DNA of 62,774 nucleotides, counting the filler, from Dimargaris cristalligena (Eukaryota), in NCBI GenBank assembly GCA_003614675.1. It is 28 parts of 28 records of this genome, joined end to end, with 100 filler letters (N's around TTAATTAATTAA, not from the genome) between each part and the next. Parts side by side here need not be neighbours in the genome. Positions count along the whole stretch, not along the records: positions 22,615 to 24,766 come from ML004340.1; positions 24,867 to 27,015 come from ML004341.1; positions 27,116 to 29,265 come from ML004342.1; positions 29,366 to 31,512 come from ML004343.1; positions 31,613 to 33,757 come from ML004344.1; positions 33,858 to 35,998 come from ML004345.1; 22 more parts are not named here. One strand, written 5' to 3'. The position numbers were made by a program, and so were the translations under genes. How positions within the stretch are numbered: the first letter of the stretch is position 1; the number at the start of each line of letters is the position of its first letter. This document shows positions 22,615 through 34,958 of the stretch, in pieces. Under the pieces are notes generated by a model. That model was not told the DNA's origin. It saw only the letters and a list, made by a program, of their open reading frames with translations, and searched no databases.

Positions 22615-24766
22615 TCTGGGAGCATCTGGTTCAGTGGCCGGTAGTCATGGCATGGTCGGATGTCGGTGAGATTTCCTTGGGCATCCTTTTTGGGGATGAT
22701 GAACATGGGAGTGTTGAATGCACAGTCGACTGGTGCAATCCCAATGATACCGTCAGTGAGCCACTGGTCAATCAGCTTGTTCACCTCGGGCTGGAGCTTG
22801 TGTGGAATCGGATACTGACGTCTGTATGTTGCTTGTCCTGGTGGTGTGGGAAGACTAATCTCGGCCTCGGGAATCGGACAGGGCTCATGAGGGCTGATAG
22901 CCTTGTTCTCATCAAGGAGTTCTTGCAGGTTAGCTAGGATGGATTCCTTGGCTCTCATGTAGTCAATGTGCTCATCATCAAATGACCGGGTCTGGAGTTC
23001 ATTGGGGGAAACAAGTGGGGTTACCTCATCCAAAATCTGAGGGTGTGCTGCTGGATAAGTGTGGGGAAGACCGGTGATGTTGATCCCTAAGTGTTGAAAG
23101 CTATCTCTCCCAATAATAATGGGAGATCCTTTAAAGTCCTGGAGAACTTCGAATGAAACACTAGCAGTGTGTGAGCCACACTTAACCTCAATGGGGTCTG
23201 TAATACCAATTCGGGGTTGAGTCATGGCCATAGTGAAACCCTGGATAATACCAGTCGCAGGTGTAACTGGGATGCAATGTTCATGGCAGAAGGCCTCAAG
23301 AATAACAGACTTTGAGGTACCAGTATCCAAGAAGCCAAAAGTTTAGATATCTCGGATGATAATAGGCATCTCAATGATCTGGTTCTCCTCAATAGAGCCG
23401 ACTTCATTGACCACTTGCAAAACTCAAATGTTGGCAGCTGGGGTATATGGTGTCTTGGGGGCATTCTTCTTAGGACAACTTGATGCATAGTGGCCTTGCG
23501 TCTGACACTTGAAGCATGTGACCACAGGACTGGGGGTTCCTGGCTCATCTGGTGAACTCGGTGATCTTGCCTGAGAGTTGTTTGGACATCTGGTTAGGCC
23601 TCGGCACTCCTGGGTAGAGTGTGAACTAGACTTGTGGTTGCTGCACCAAGTCTTCTTGAAAGGAGAGGGAGTAGACGTACTCCTCTGTGGTATCATTGGT
23701 GATGCAATATCTGAATATTGCAGTGCATAGTGGCTGATCGATGCCACTGTCACCGGGGAAATAGAGCCATTGTGAATGGCTGTCTCGACATGGAACTTGA
23801 CCTGTGGTGGAATGGCCCACAGGAATCGTCTCGCTGCAGTATAGTCAGAAGGCTCGGTGCCTGCTCTGGACATGAGTACTTGGTACCGTTTGGTGAAGTC
23901 ACTCAAAGACTCCTTCTGGTGCATGGTGGTGGTCAACAGCTCATCCAGTGCCTGGTCCTGACTAGCTGGGTCGCCAAACTCTCTAATAAAGAACTCACAG
24001 AAGTGTTGGTAAGGCATGTCAAGGTCGACACACTGGATTAACCAACGATTATCTTGTAGGTTTAAGCATAGGGGGAGTAAGCGGGCCCAGTGATCATCAA
24101 GGATTAAAGCACTGGCCCTCAAGGTTAATTCAAACCTATGGAGGAAATTGTCAGGGTTCGATTCGGTGTTCACGCCATCTCGGAATCGCAGCAGGTCTCT
24201 CGGAACCTGGGTAGAACGCTCGGTGCAGTGGCTATTCTTTTGTTTCTCGGTCGGAGTCTTCAAAATCGCATTGAAGATCTGGACAGCTGTAGCCTGCGTA
24301 TCTCGGAGAGTTTCCAAGTCAGCAGTACAATCATCTCGGAAGCCACACCAGTTTTCCAGTTTAGCTTGGAGTTCCTTGCGTCGCTCCTCCTGGTGCATTG
24401 GTGTGTCCAACTTGAGTTGAATGTACTGGCTAATCTTATCATTAGCTGCTGTGATACGGCGGCTGAGTCGTCCAATCAGCTCCTCCGTAGTTTGTGTTGT
24501 CGTCGTGGATTGGGTCTGACTAGCTGACGAGCTAGGTCTTTCATCGGCAAAGTGGACAGATGACATAGTTGGTGGGGTATGTAAAAGAGAGGATAATAAA
24601 AGAAAGAAACTTAGTACTCCAGTGTATAGGTTGTATCTTACGGCTAATACAACCAAATACAAATATGTAAATAGGTAAGAAAAGAATAATCAAAAGTGAG
24701 AAAGGGTTTGGTGGGCATACCCCCGATTACTCAGCGTCTTATCAGCAGCCCAATCAATACAGGATT
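22615..24766 (-). mobile_element. Ty3/Gypsy gag-protease-start of RT, copy 2 (nonsense mutation)
   Basis: Collinear with copy 1, same 2152-nt length and end points; ATG at 24566; CGA->TGA stop at 23424..23426. Confidence 0.95.
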
Positions 24767-25665
24767 NNNNNNNNNNNNNNNNNNNNNNNNNNNNNNNNNN
24801 NNNNNNNNNNTTAATTAATTAANNNNNNNNNNNNNNNNNNNNNNNNNNNNNNNNNNNNNNNNNNNNTATTTCATTTAAACTTTTATTTTCACTATTTACA
24901 TTGCCCAAAAATATAACAACAATTGTTGTGGTAGGACCTGAGACTACTTAGTTAACCCCAGTATTCCTTTATTAATCAGTTCCCATTATTATATCCTTTT
25001 ATCAGCAAAGTCACGATTTATTATTTTATAGCCTTGCAATATCATAGCAAGTGAGAGATACATCAAATATTACTCACATTTATATTTGATATCATCATTA
25101 ACCAGATATATTCATAAACTCCTCATTATTTATTAATTCAAGCAGTAATACTATGTAGGTTGGACTTCAACCACTTCCTAAGTATAATACCTTCAAGAAT
25201 CGCAGCTCTTAATAAAATATCTCTTTTTTCATTCTTCTGAACTGTACCGGCAGTTTTGCCTACAGTTGTTTTAGTTATCTCAAAGGTTTGATTTTACTAT
25301 CTCTTTAATTATAAGGCATTCACACCTATTATTTTATAGTCGCTCTGCCATACCACAACATATTATTATGCAACAGTAGGAAAATAGTGAAAATAAAAGT
25401 TTAAATAGTAATAAATATATGGTAAAAATTGGCAAAAGAATTGGTTATCTCAAAGGTAAGAAACAGGGCATCAAAAGTCTGGTTTATTAAAGGTGGGTGA
25501 TTACCCCTTATTTATATCAGGAAATAATTTAAGGGGTTAGATTATTCAGTGGCAGTGGAAAGTAGTAGTTGGTCTTGAAACTATTGTTGGGATAACCACC
25601 AGTGGTCCTGGGTCACTTGATGTAGTTGGCTGGGAATGTTGGGGACGTTGGTGGTATTGCTGGTT

Positions 25666-26890
25666 TCAATTGAGTTCTGAATGAGTTTGTTCTAATAAAC
25701 TCAGTGGCTTAGCTACTGGGGAGGTCATGGGAATATTTGGTACTTGCGGGTTGGGGATCCTTGCAGGACGACTGGGGAAATCACCAGACCAGTCCTGAGG
25801 ACATCCTGGTGACCTGGGCCTGGGAATTAGTGCTGCTGAAGTTTGTAATTCTTGGGGAGGTGGCACAACACTCTCCTCCCCTAAGACCCAAGTATACCTA
25901 CAAGGGAGATGCCAGGCCTGAAGATTCACAGTAGTTACAGTAGCCTTCTTCAAATGACTAGCATAGACTGGTGTGGGGACGATTTCTGCAGATGGTGTCA
26001 TTAGAATATAGGTATTATATCTCAAGATTCAGTGGATGCAAAATGGACTAAACCATTTTAGCTGAAGACTACAGGCAGTGGGGTTGCAGACAAGAACAGC
26101 TTCATCAACTGAATAATGAGGGGACAAGGGAAATTTCAGTTTGAATTTTGCTAATACCTGTTTTACAATTTGCTGGAAAATATTATAAACTTGCTGTCAA
26201 TGCCATTGCAACTACTGGAGGTGTGGCTTAGGTTCTTGATGGAGGGCTATATTGACATCTGGTCTTTGTACTGGTATGCTATCACCAGGTAGGTAGGGTT
26301 GAACCCCATATAATAAAAAAAATAGTGATGTGCCAGTTATGTGGGATATGCATGTGCAGTATGAGAACAGTGCAGCCTGCAGGTGGATGTCCCAGTCCCA
26401 ATGTGGGACTCTAACTGACCTTAAAAGGATACCTTTAAGTTCCTGATGGAACCTTTCCAGTTGACCGTTTGATTGTAGATGATATAAAGAAGTCCTTAAA
26501 TAGTGTAGGCACTAGTGGTTGGTGAAATCAGCTAAAACTTGGCTCATAAATTGGGAACTATAATCAGATAAAATTTCTTTTGGGGCACCAAATATTGTAA
26601 TAATGTCTTCATAGAGAAAGGCCACTAAAGTGGGTGCTGTAGTCTCTGGAACAGCCTGGCAGATTTGGAAACCTGTGATATGATCTATGGCTATGATAAT
26701 ATACTGGTTTCCCCATGGTATTTTTGCTAATAGACCTACAAAATCAACAACCCACTGTTCAAATGGAGCAATGCCTGGGGTGGGTATGGTGGGTTCTACT
26801 GGTGTATTAGGGTATGCCCTTCAAGTGACCTGGCATTTAGGACATTCCTTTATGTATTATCAAACATCAGCATTCCATTTTGGCCACTAG
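25666..26890 (-). pseudogene. Degenerate Ty3/Gypsy integrase (different family)
   Basis: Minus strand reads ..CPKC..PFEQWVVDFVG..IAIDHITGF..FGAPKEILSDYSSQFMS..YHLQSNGQLERFHQEL..WDIHLQAALFSY..LKWFSPF, with several stops. Confidence 0.9.
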
Positions 26891-26891
26891 G

Positions 26892-27015
26892 TGTATAGAA
26901 CTGAACTCAAATCCTTGAAAACTGAACTCTATTCAAAAAGATAGGTGATAAAAGGGAAAGGTGATGATAGACTTACTGTTCCAAGAGGTGGCAGCAAGGG
27001 GGAGTATTTATACTT
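26892..27015 (-). mobile_element. LTR family B, 3' end, nested in the integrase
   Basis: TGTATAGAACTGAACTCAAATCC...GGAGTATTTATACT. Confidence 0.85.
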
Positions 27016-27671
27016 NNNNNNNNNNNNNNNNNNNNNNNNNNNNNNNNNNNNNNNNNNNNTTAATTAATTAANNNNNNNNNNNNNNNNNNNNNNNNNNNNN
27101 NNNNNNNNNNNNNNNTGAGGTCCAAGAAGATACGAACATGATCAGCAGCAATCCTAAGCCACCTTTTGAATAGTGAATGCCTTATCCATTTTCCGGGCGG
27201 GGTATATGGATATCTCCGCTGCATGGACTTATTATCACTTGGGTGGGAAAATACCGATGGGGTTCGATGGGTTCGACGGACATTCCTAGACACAGGTAGA
27301 TGTGGGTAGTCCGGGGCCAGGATGTTCGAGTGGCTGACTATTCACCCTTCTCGAATTGACGACAAGGCGTACTACCTCCGTGGAATGAGCGAAGTCCAGC
27401 TGGATTTATCCACTTGCTATGTCACTAGTCAAAGGTTAGAATATAAAGAGACGAGGATATGCCCACCGTTTACACCCATTATCAGCTCATTTCAACCACC
27501 GTTATCTGACTACTTATACCACCAAGTCTCTCGCTCTATCAATCGCTCTAAGCAAAATCCGCCAGTGCATTTTGGATTTCAACTCTATCATTTTCAAAGT
27601 TTCCAATATTCATATCTTTCAGCAAACGCCCGCTCGTTTTCAAGAACCCTGCCCGCTTTTACCGACCAACC

Positions 27672-28916
27672 ATGTCTTCAACCTCGAGCACCCCATTCCT
27701 CACCGTCCCCAACGCCAATGAGACCGAAACCCGCCAGCTTCGCCGTACATTCTGGGTCCGCCTAAACCGATATGCCCGGAACGAGGACATCCTGGCATTG
27801 GCGTCCACCAACCGGGCCCATGCTGAGGCCCTACGCCCCCACTGCTTCAAAAAGGTGTGCGTATCCACCGCAACCCATTCAGCTCAAGACACTTACCGGA
27901 CCCTAGTCAACCACCGGGCCTCGATTGAGCGTCTGAGGCTGGTTTTGGAAAGTCGGGGCGTTCAAGACGTACTTTTTGGTGGGTTATTCGGGATGATGAT
28001 GGGTTGCTTGGGCAGTCTACAATGCCTGACTATCGAGGTCCATCATCTCGAATTGTTGAATTGGGTGGGGCGGCTGTTGCAAAGCACTGTCCGATTTATC
28101 AGACAGCTGCGCATTATTTGCCCGGCCGACGTCCCATTTCGGCTACTCTTGCCACCTTGCCTGGTTCCCTATAATATGCCCAGAACAGCGGGCATTAATA
28201 TGATCCAGAGGATCGTCCTGGGAGGTGGAGTCGACTGTGATGGCATTAATTGGGCTACATTTTTACATGTATTCCCCGAGCTCCAGTCCCTGACATTCCA
28301 GGACATGGTAATCCATAATCCCTTTGGCCTCTTGCGTACCATTTGCCGTGGTGGTTTGAGGAAGGTGGTTATGAAGGGCGTGTTTGCATACCACTCAGTG
28401 GTATCGGCCGCCAGCTCTCACACCGGTTTCAGTTACTTGAACACTGAAATGCCAAGCCTACTCACTAGCCTCATTTTTAACGAAGTGGGCCTTGGTGGCG
28501 GTTTGCTCAAGAGTATTGTGGATCTCCTAGGGCTCTCTCTTCGTAAGTTGCAACTGATTAATTGCATCTGCGATGAGAAGGAGATCCAGTATGCCCTGGG
28601 CCGGTGTCCCCGGTTGACTCACTTTGATTTGTGTCACCGGGATGAAGTGTTCACTAGGGCTCTTTTCCCTAGTGAATTCGCTTCTCAAAATCTTTTATTC
28701 ATGCGGCTCGCTATTAACTTTGTAGCCTTTGCATGGTTCCAATCGGCACTATGTAAGCTACATCGGCTAAGGCAGCTTAGCATTTACAAGCGCTTGAGGC
28801 CCCAGCTCCCGGGGATCCGCAGAGCGCTTCCTCGGTTGGTGATACATTATATCACCACTGAAGAGTTCAACAACCTCGTTAATCGAGAATATGTTGAACG
28901 GGTAGCTGACGGGTAG
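27672..28916 (+). CDS. 414-aa leucine-rich-repeat (RNI-like / F-box-LRR-like) protein
   Basis: Complete intronless ORF with recurring LxxLxL/I units (LQCLTI, LQSLTF, LTSLIF, LRKLQLINC, CPRLTHFDL, LRQLSI); AATAAA downstream. Confidence 0.7.
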   Translation: MSSTSSTPFLTVPNANETETRQLRRTFWVRLNRYARNEDILALASTNRAHAEALRPHCFKKVCVSTATHSAQDTYRTLVNHRASIERLRLVLESRGVQDVLFGGLFGMMMGCLGSLQCLTIEVHHLELLNWVGRLLQSTVRFIRQLRIICPADVPFRLLLPPCLVPYNMPRTAGINMIQRIVLGGGVDCDGINWATFLHVFPELQSLTFQDMVIHNPFGLLRTICRGGLRKVVMKGVFAYHSVVSAASSHTGFSYLNTEMPSLLTSLIFNEVGLGGGLLKSIVDLLGLSLRKLQLINCICDEKEIQYALGRCPRLTHFDLCHRDEVFTRALFPSEFASQNLLFMRLAINFVAFAWFQSALCKLHRLRQLSIYKRLRPQLPGIRRALPRLVIHYITTEEFNNLVNREYVERVADG

Positions 28917-29382
28917 TTGGCTACCCTTTAGTATATATAATTATTAATAAATGTTTATTTTAGTTTGACTTGTAAAGATTGGAATGGTAGAAAGTATTTA
29001 TACCCGGGGTTGAAAAATGAACAAGTGTGAGAAGGCGATGTGTTTGGTAGTATTTTGGAAGCAACTGTCGCTTTTAGTGACACAGTTTGAACAAACATAA
29101 AAGGCTATTCAACAATGAGAATGGCTACTGGGTGTCATCGGCAATACAATGCGTTGTGGTAGGTGATATAATGAGCCACCCTATTGGCGCCAATTGGAAA
29201 GTCCGCCCATCAGGTGGGTGGACTATTTGGTTTGGCTTAAAAGTCGATATCATTCCGTTAACCGCNNNNNNNNNNNNNNNNNNNNNNNNNNNNNNNNNNN
29301 NNNNNNNNNTTAATTAATTAANNNNNNNNNNNNNNNNNNNNNNNNNNNNNNNNNNNNNNNNNNNNCCTCTAGGTGGTTAGTT

Positions 29383-29724
29383 TTATTGAACTGTAATTTT
29401 CTGTAGGGTGAAATATAAGTGGCTAATATGAATGATCTCATAATAGCAGAATAAACTAACATAATTGGATGAAAATAGGATAGGATAAAGAGCACGTAGG
29501 AACATCTTCTTCAACATATTGTTAGAACCAGCATCTTGAATAGTAGGCTTGTTTTTGGTGGACACACTCTGCTTACTGGGATTTACCTGTAGATTAGTGT
29601 TGGCACTGATGAACTGTTTGGGGATTTGGGGGGTAGTCTGTAAAGTACTGACAGTAGTGATGGTCATAACAGTAATAGCACAGAAGGCACCCAGAATCAA
29701 AACCTTAGTAATGATCTAAGCCAT
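29383..29724 (-). pseudogene. Probable secreted-protein pseudogene (stop at codon 3)
   Basis: ATG GCT TAG ATC ATT ACT AAG GTT TTG ATT CTG... gives MA*IITKVLILGAFCAITVMT, signal-peptide-like, in CpG-poor DNA. Confidence 0.45.
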
Positions 29725-32700
29725 AGTAAGGTAAATGGGATAAGATGAGATGGAATGAAAGATTGGAGTATGTTAATAGCCCAGCTATCTAGTAGGGATG
29801 CTAATATGTATATGAGTTGAAATTGGGAAATGAGGAATGTGATGGCAATGTTGATAATGTTTTTAGAGAGGGTGGCTCTTACTCTTCTTATACCCAAACC
29901 CACCAATCCCTTGACAAGGCTCTATGCTAATGCAGGGCTATGGCTTTAAGCTACCTGGGGCATTTTTTTGGTCAAGAAAAATTAATTAACACATCCCTAA
30001 GGGAAGGCTCGTGTCCCTATACCCATATATCTAGCCAATCCTAATAGTTTGATCTCTGATGGGTTCACTCTCGACACCCAAGCCCTCCACTTTTTACATT
30101 CCCCTTGTCCATATTTACGCCTGGTATTCTAAATTTTAATGTACGAGTAATACCATCAGTGATAGACCTGCTGTTGGAAATAAATGACTTGAAAATGAAC
30201 AAGGGCTATTCCCACCCAAATCACCATCATCTCCGGTCTACTCATTTTTAATATCTACAGGTAGGATATTGGGCCATGCAATCCCTTTTATGCTATTTAT
30301 ATTACTCCAACTCAGTGTCTAAGCCTAGCGCAGATTATCCCAAGTATAAAGAGTATATACTAGATGGCAAATTGGCTATATTACGGTATTGGTGGTAGAT
30401 AATGCCTTGAGGAAATTGTATATTAATCTACTGCCTTTACCCACATGTGGACCATCGGGCAGACTAGTAGAATGGGCTCTGTGTGAGTTGGGGATTGTCT
30501 TTCCATGGTAAAATTTGGCCATCTTAGAAATTTTGGCCACTCTCTAGTGACTTATCGTCTATCACAGGCATTACATACTCATCCCTTTACTAGTATATGG
30601 TAAATATTAACTCTAGTTGGTTTACCATTCACTGACCAGTGGAAGACAATGGGAGTCGAACATCTGGAGTAGTTTCATCCCAACTACTACGGGTAACAAA
30701 ATCCAAAAAAATAAATTAATAATGCTAACTTAATTTATAAAATCCATCACAATTGCACTAGGGCAATTATCAGCAATTTCCGGGCCATCTGCAGCTACAT
30801 AATACATCATTAAAGGTTGGAAGGCTTCACCTTTCCGATTAGGAGCACGGCTTTGGGCATTGTCCAAAATATAGTTAAACTGCGACCATTTGATCAGCAG
30901 CCCAGCTAGTCGAGCGAAGTACAACTAGATCCATCACCGTTACATTGTATTGACTGGCCAGGATCCACCACCCCAAAATAAGGCATGCAGCCATTTCCAC
31001 CACATGGTCGAATGGTCTTTATCGGGATAATTATCTAAGTGTAAAAACGTACCCGGTATTGTAGGGTGCTTTAATGAATTGTTCTTCGCAAATAGGAATT
31101 GTTGTAGAAAAGATCGCCCGCCAAAAAACCCCGGCTATGGGCGTATCCCACGATCGGGCTCCGTAAGTAGGGGATTTGGGCTGAAGTATTAATACGTTGT
31201 GCCTAATTATACACCCGTGCCTAGTTTTATTGCCAAATGACTTATGGCTGGCTTCCATGTTGTAATATGAACTGTCAACAAAGGGAATGGGTGGACATGA
31301 ATACAACCCCTCGTCCCATTGCTAATACCCATTAGCAACTAGGTCATTGTGTCCCCATATAAGTCTATGGAATAGAACTAGAATCATACTTTATTTTGAT
31401 GGGAGTAGTGGGGCCGCCCTATCCAGCACTTGATTAATAAAACCTTAGCTCAAGTTCTGTATAAAAAGCAGACCAAAGTCCTGCCCAAATATACACTCAT
31501 CATTAGTGATCANNNNNNNNNNNNNNNNNNNNNNNNNNNNNNNNNNNNNNNNNNNNTTAATTAATTAANNNNNNNNNNNNNNNNNNNNNNNNNNNNNNNN
31601 NNNNNNNNNNNNCACATATTTATCAACCGCATTGGCCCAACTTTTTCTAAACAGCTGTATCTCCTTGATAGTCCACGAATCGTAAAAAATTACACGGCTG
31701 AGAAAACATAAACAAGAGAATATCTGACACATCACCAACAGCCAAACTGGGACTCCGCGAATCAACCTTGTAAACTCGGTTAAGCGCATCGGCAACCTTG
31801 GAACCCGTCTCCATCCACGCGTCTGTCTGCCCGATATGCCTGTCCTAAACAACATGCAAGTGGCGGAGAGCAGGCAGTTTATGAGGATTCCCCATTAGAA
31901 ATTGCTAAATTTAATCGTTGCGAAAGAAATATACTCATGCAAATGCCGAATTCAATATTGGCATTGCACATGATGCCAAAGGGCCTTGAACAGGCTGGTG
32001 GACACTATACAGCGGGATAGTTGCGGATGGGGAGTCGGCTGCAGACTTGTCCCACGAATTCCTAAATGAAACCAGCATCTAATCCGAGAGCTGGAATTGC
32101 AATTTTAGAGGATAGTATAAAACCCCACAAATTAAGATCGCCAAAACCACGGGGCCTGCGATTGCCACTACAGTGCCTCCAGGGTACACTTCATGAACTG
32201 CCACTCCTCCGAGTTGGTTGCACAGTGGTGCTCCTGCCTATTTGGTTAGTCGGTGGTGAAAATGAAAAGGAGTGGTGTGAGCATCCAATCAAGAGTACAC
32301 TCCCTGGTGGGCACTTTGAATCCGTGGAGGTTTAGGAAAAGCCAAAGTGTAGACGCCGGGATAGATGGTTGGCATTTCCATAATGGTGCGGGTTGGGTCA
32401 AAAGTATGCGGTGGGAGTTGTCCCACCAAGCGGACCGCAAAAGGTAACGAAATGTTGAGAAGGCTGGATTGTTTACCATAATTTGGATGCCAGGCAACTA
32501 CAGTGATGGAGTAGCAAATTGGTTCGAACTACCTTCAAAAGCGGCCAAAAACATGATATTGAACGCCCACATGAGTTTACCGAAAGTTACTGTTGATGCG
32601 ATTGCAGCCTGATTACCGACACCTACCCAATAATGCATTTCTAGGTGTCTTTGTTCCCAGATTGCCATGTAATTACAGAATGCGCACTCGGAGAGAATTT

Positions 32701-33857
32701 GGATGCAGGGAAAAGTACCATTACAGTGCTACCCATGTTCTTGATCCCTTCATTCCAGCGGGGTTCTCAGTCGTTGACGTATGGTTGAACTATACAGAAC
32801 CCCAAGGGAACCACCTATCCGTAAATATCAACGCAATCGACCTGTGGGAAACCCGGTTGCTACCCAATTGAGGTAACTGATGAACAAATGATTGCGGATT
32901 CCTGAAATGACTTACAGTCCCCAGAATAGCCTGGACAGCAACATCCGCTTCAGCATCTAGAGCTGACAAATTGCACTTTTGCAATTGACTAAAATTAGGA
33001 GATACATAATTGGCCATCCCGTTTTAATTCGGATGATCTTGGGGGACTTCCTGGGAGTAAGCCAAAGTCGCAAAGGCACCAATTCCCACCACCAACGCCG
33101 GATTTGGGGGTTGAATCTTCAAATAAATATTCTGCCCACCTTGAATTCCTGGATTTTACCTGGGAAATGCAATAGACGCAACACGGCAACAGATTAGAAT
33201 GGTGAAACGTAGCAGTCCATAAACCATCCAATAATTTATTTCTCTACCGCGACTCGACCATTGGCCCCCACACCGATTGTCAGTGCCAGCTCGTTCAGTG
33301 TATCGGGCCAGGTGGCCATTCAGCCAGGGCTATTGCTTCGAGGGGTTCCAACAGTCATTGGATGTCGGATTGCTGAACGACGTGGCAAGTCAATGGTTTT
33401 TACAGTCTAAAAGAACATCCCTTACCTAGCGTGTAGCGACACATACAGTGCTGATCATCCCCCCCATGAACTATGAGCTCAGTAAATCCGTGGATTGAGT
33501 CCAAAAGCAGACGTTGAGAAATACGGACAACTAGGTTGAATTGCTCAAAAAGGACGACCAAAAGTGGATGTAAGATTTAAATAAGTAAAAAGAGAAAAAT
33601 AACGGAATAGCATAATCATGTTTCTAGCCAGGTTGATCCATCCTTCCCAATGCGCCAGTGGTAATTCTGCAACCTTTCTAGACCCCAGCAGCACTTTGGA
33701 TCGGATAGCAGTACTTTAGATGCAGACTTACCCGATGGTGACTGCAGCACATTCAGCNNNNNNNNNNNNNNNNNNNNNNNNNNNNNNNNNNNNNNNNNNN
33801 NTTAATTAATTAANNNNNNNNNNNNNNNNNNNNNNNNNNNNNNNNNNNNNNNNNNNN

Positions 33858-34958
33858 TTGTTTGAAATACAAACTTCACAATTTAAATAAGTAAAAAGAG
33901 AATTTTGGTCAACATTTATGATGCCATTTTTAGCAGCCTGCTTGAGGGTATCGAAATTAATATGGCCAAGAGAATAATGGACCTCCAAAAGGGAAGGAGG
34001 TTTAGGAATTTCAATAGCTAAATTTGCCATTGAAGTATGAGGATATTTAACTGAAAAAGGGTATGAAGAGTGTATTTTGTTGACTTGGAGAAGGGGAGTA
34101 TTCCCCTCTTGAATGGTACAACGGCCTTGATGGAAGGTGAATTTAATTCCCCTCTCATCACTGGCTGGTACAGAAAGTAGATTATAACCCAAAGTGGGGC
34201 AGTGGCCCATATTATATAGGGTTAATCGGTGAGTATTATTGGATGGATCTAGGATGTCAAGCTTGACTGTCCCATAACCCAAGATTGATAACTCTTTTCC
34301 ATCTGCCAATATTAAATGGCGAGTTTCTTGTACATAATTATCAAATAAAGTACAATCAGGGCAATAGTGGTAGGATGCACCTGAGTCAATAAACCAAGTT
34401 GACTTCGGATATTTGCCATCCTTCACTTTGAGTGCATGTTCAGGAATTTTAAGTACTAGTTGGGCTTGTTCAGCCTGGCTTTCCTTTTTCCCTTTATGCA
34501 GGGGGTTTCGAAAACATTCATCAGTGGAGTGTCCACTAGTTTTATGAATAGCACAGTATGAGGCATCACCCTCTTTGTGTGTTTTTAACCCCCTTACTCT
34601 TACCCTTCTTACCTTTAAACTTGCCCAGGTTAGTTTTTACAGTCATGGCGGACTCGAACATTGTTTTCGGTGTCGCCTCCCGATTGGCCAGGAATTGTTC
34701 TGCCTCAATAAATGATTGAACTACACTGTCGAAAACGAAAGAGTCCAGGTCCCGGGTATGCCATTGGCTGACTGTCAAGTGGAATCTTTCATCCACTGCC
34801 TGTAGAAATAGGAGAGTCAGTTGTTAGTCACTCGTAAGGTCGTATTTCTTGAGTTCCGCATCGAGAGATTGAATCTTCATGGCCAGTTGATGGATGGATT
34901 GGTTTCCCTGATGGATTCGATATAACTCAGAGTATAGAGTTAGGACTTTGGCCGTAGG
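33858..34958 (-). mobile_element. Ty1/Copia gag - Zn knuckle - protease - pre-integrase fragment
   Basis: CAIHKTSGHSTDEC, WFIDSGASYH, NLLSV, HYSLGHINF...CEVC; one stop (~34825) and a frameshift near 34570. Confidence 0.92.

Noticed and set aside
20363-24766. Tandem duplication of a Gypsy element
   Set aside because: The copies are separate contigs, adjacent only because they have equal length.
31613-33757. Possible fragmented gene in a CG-normal contig
   Set aside because: Only short ORFs on both strands; no recognisable motif or consistent splice model.
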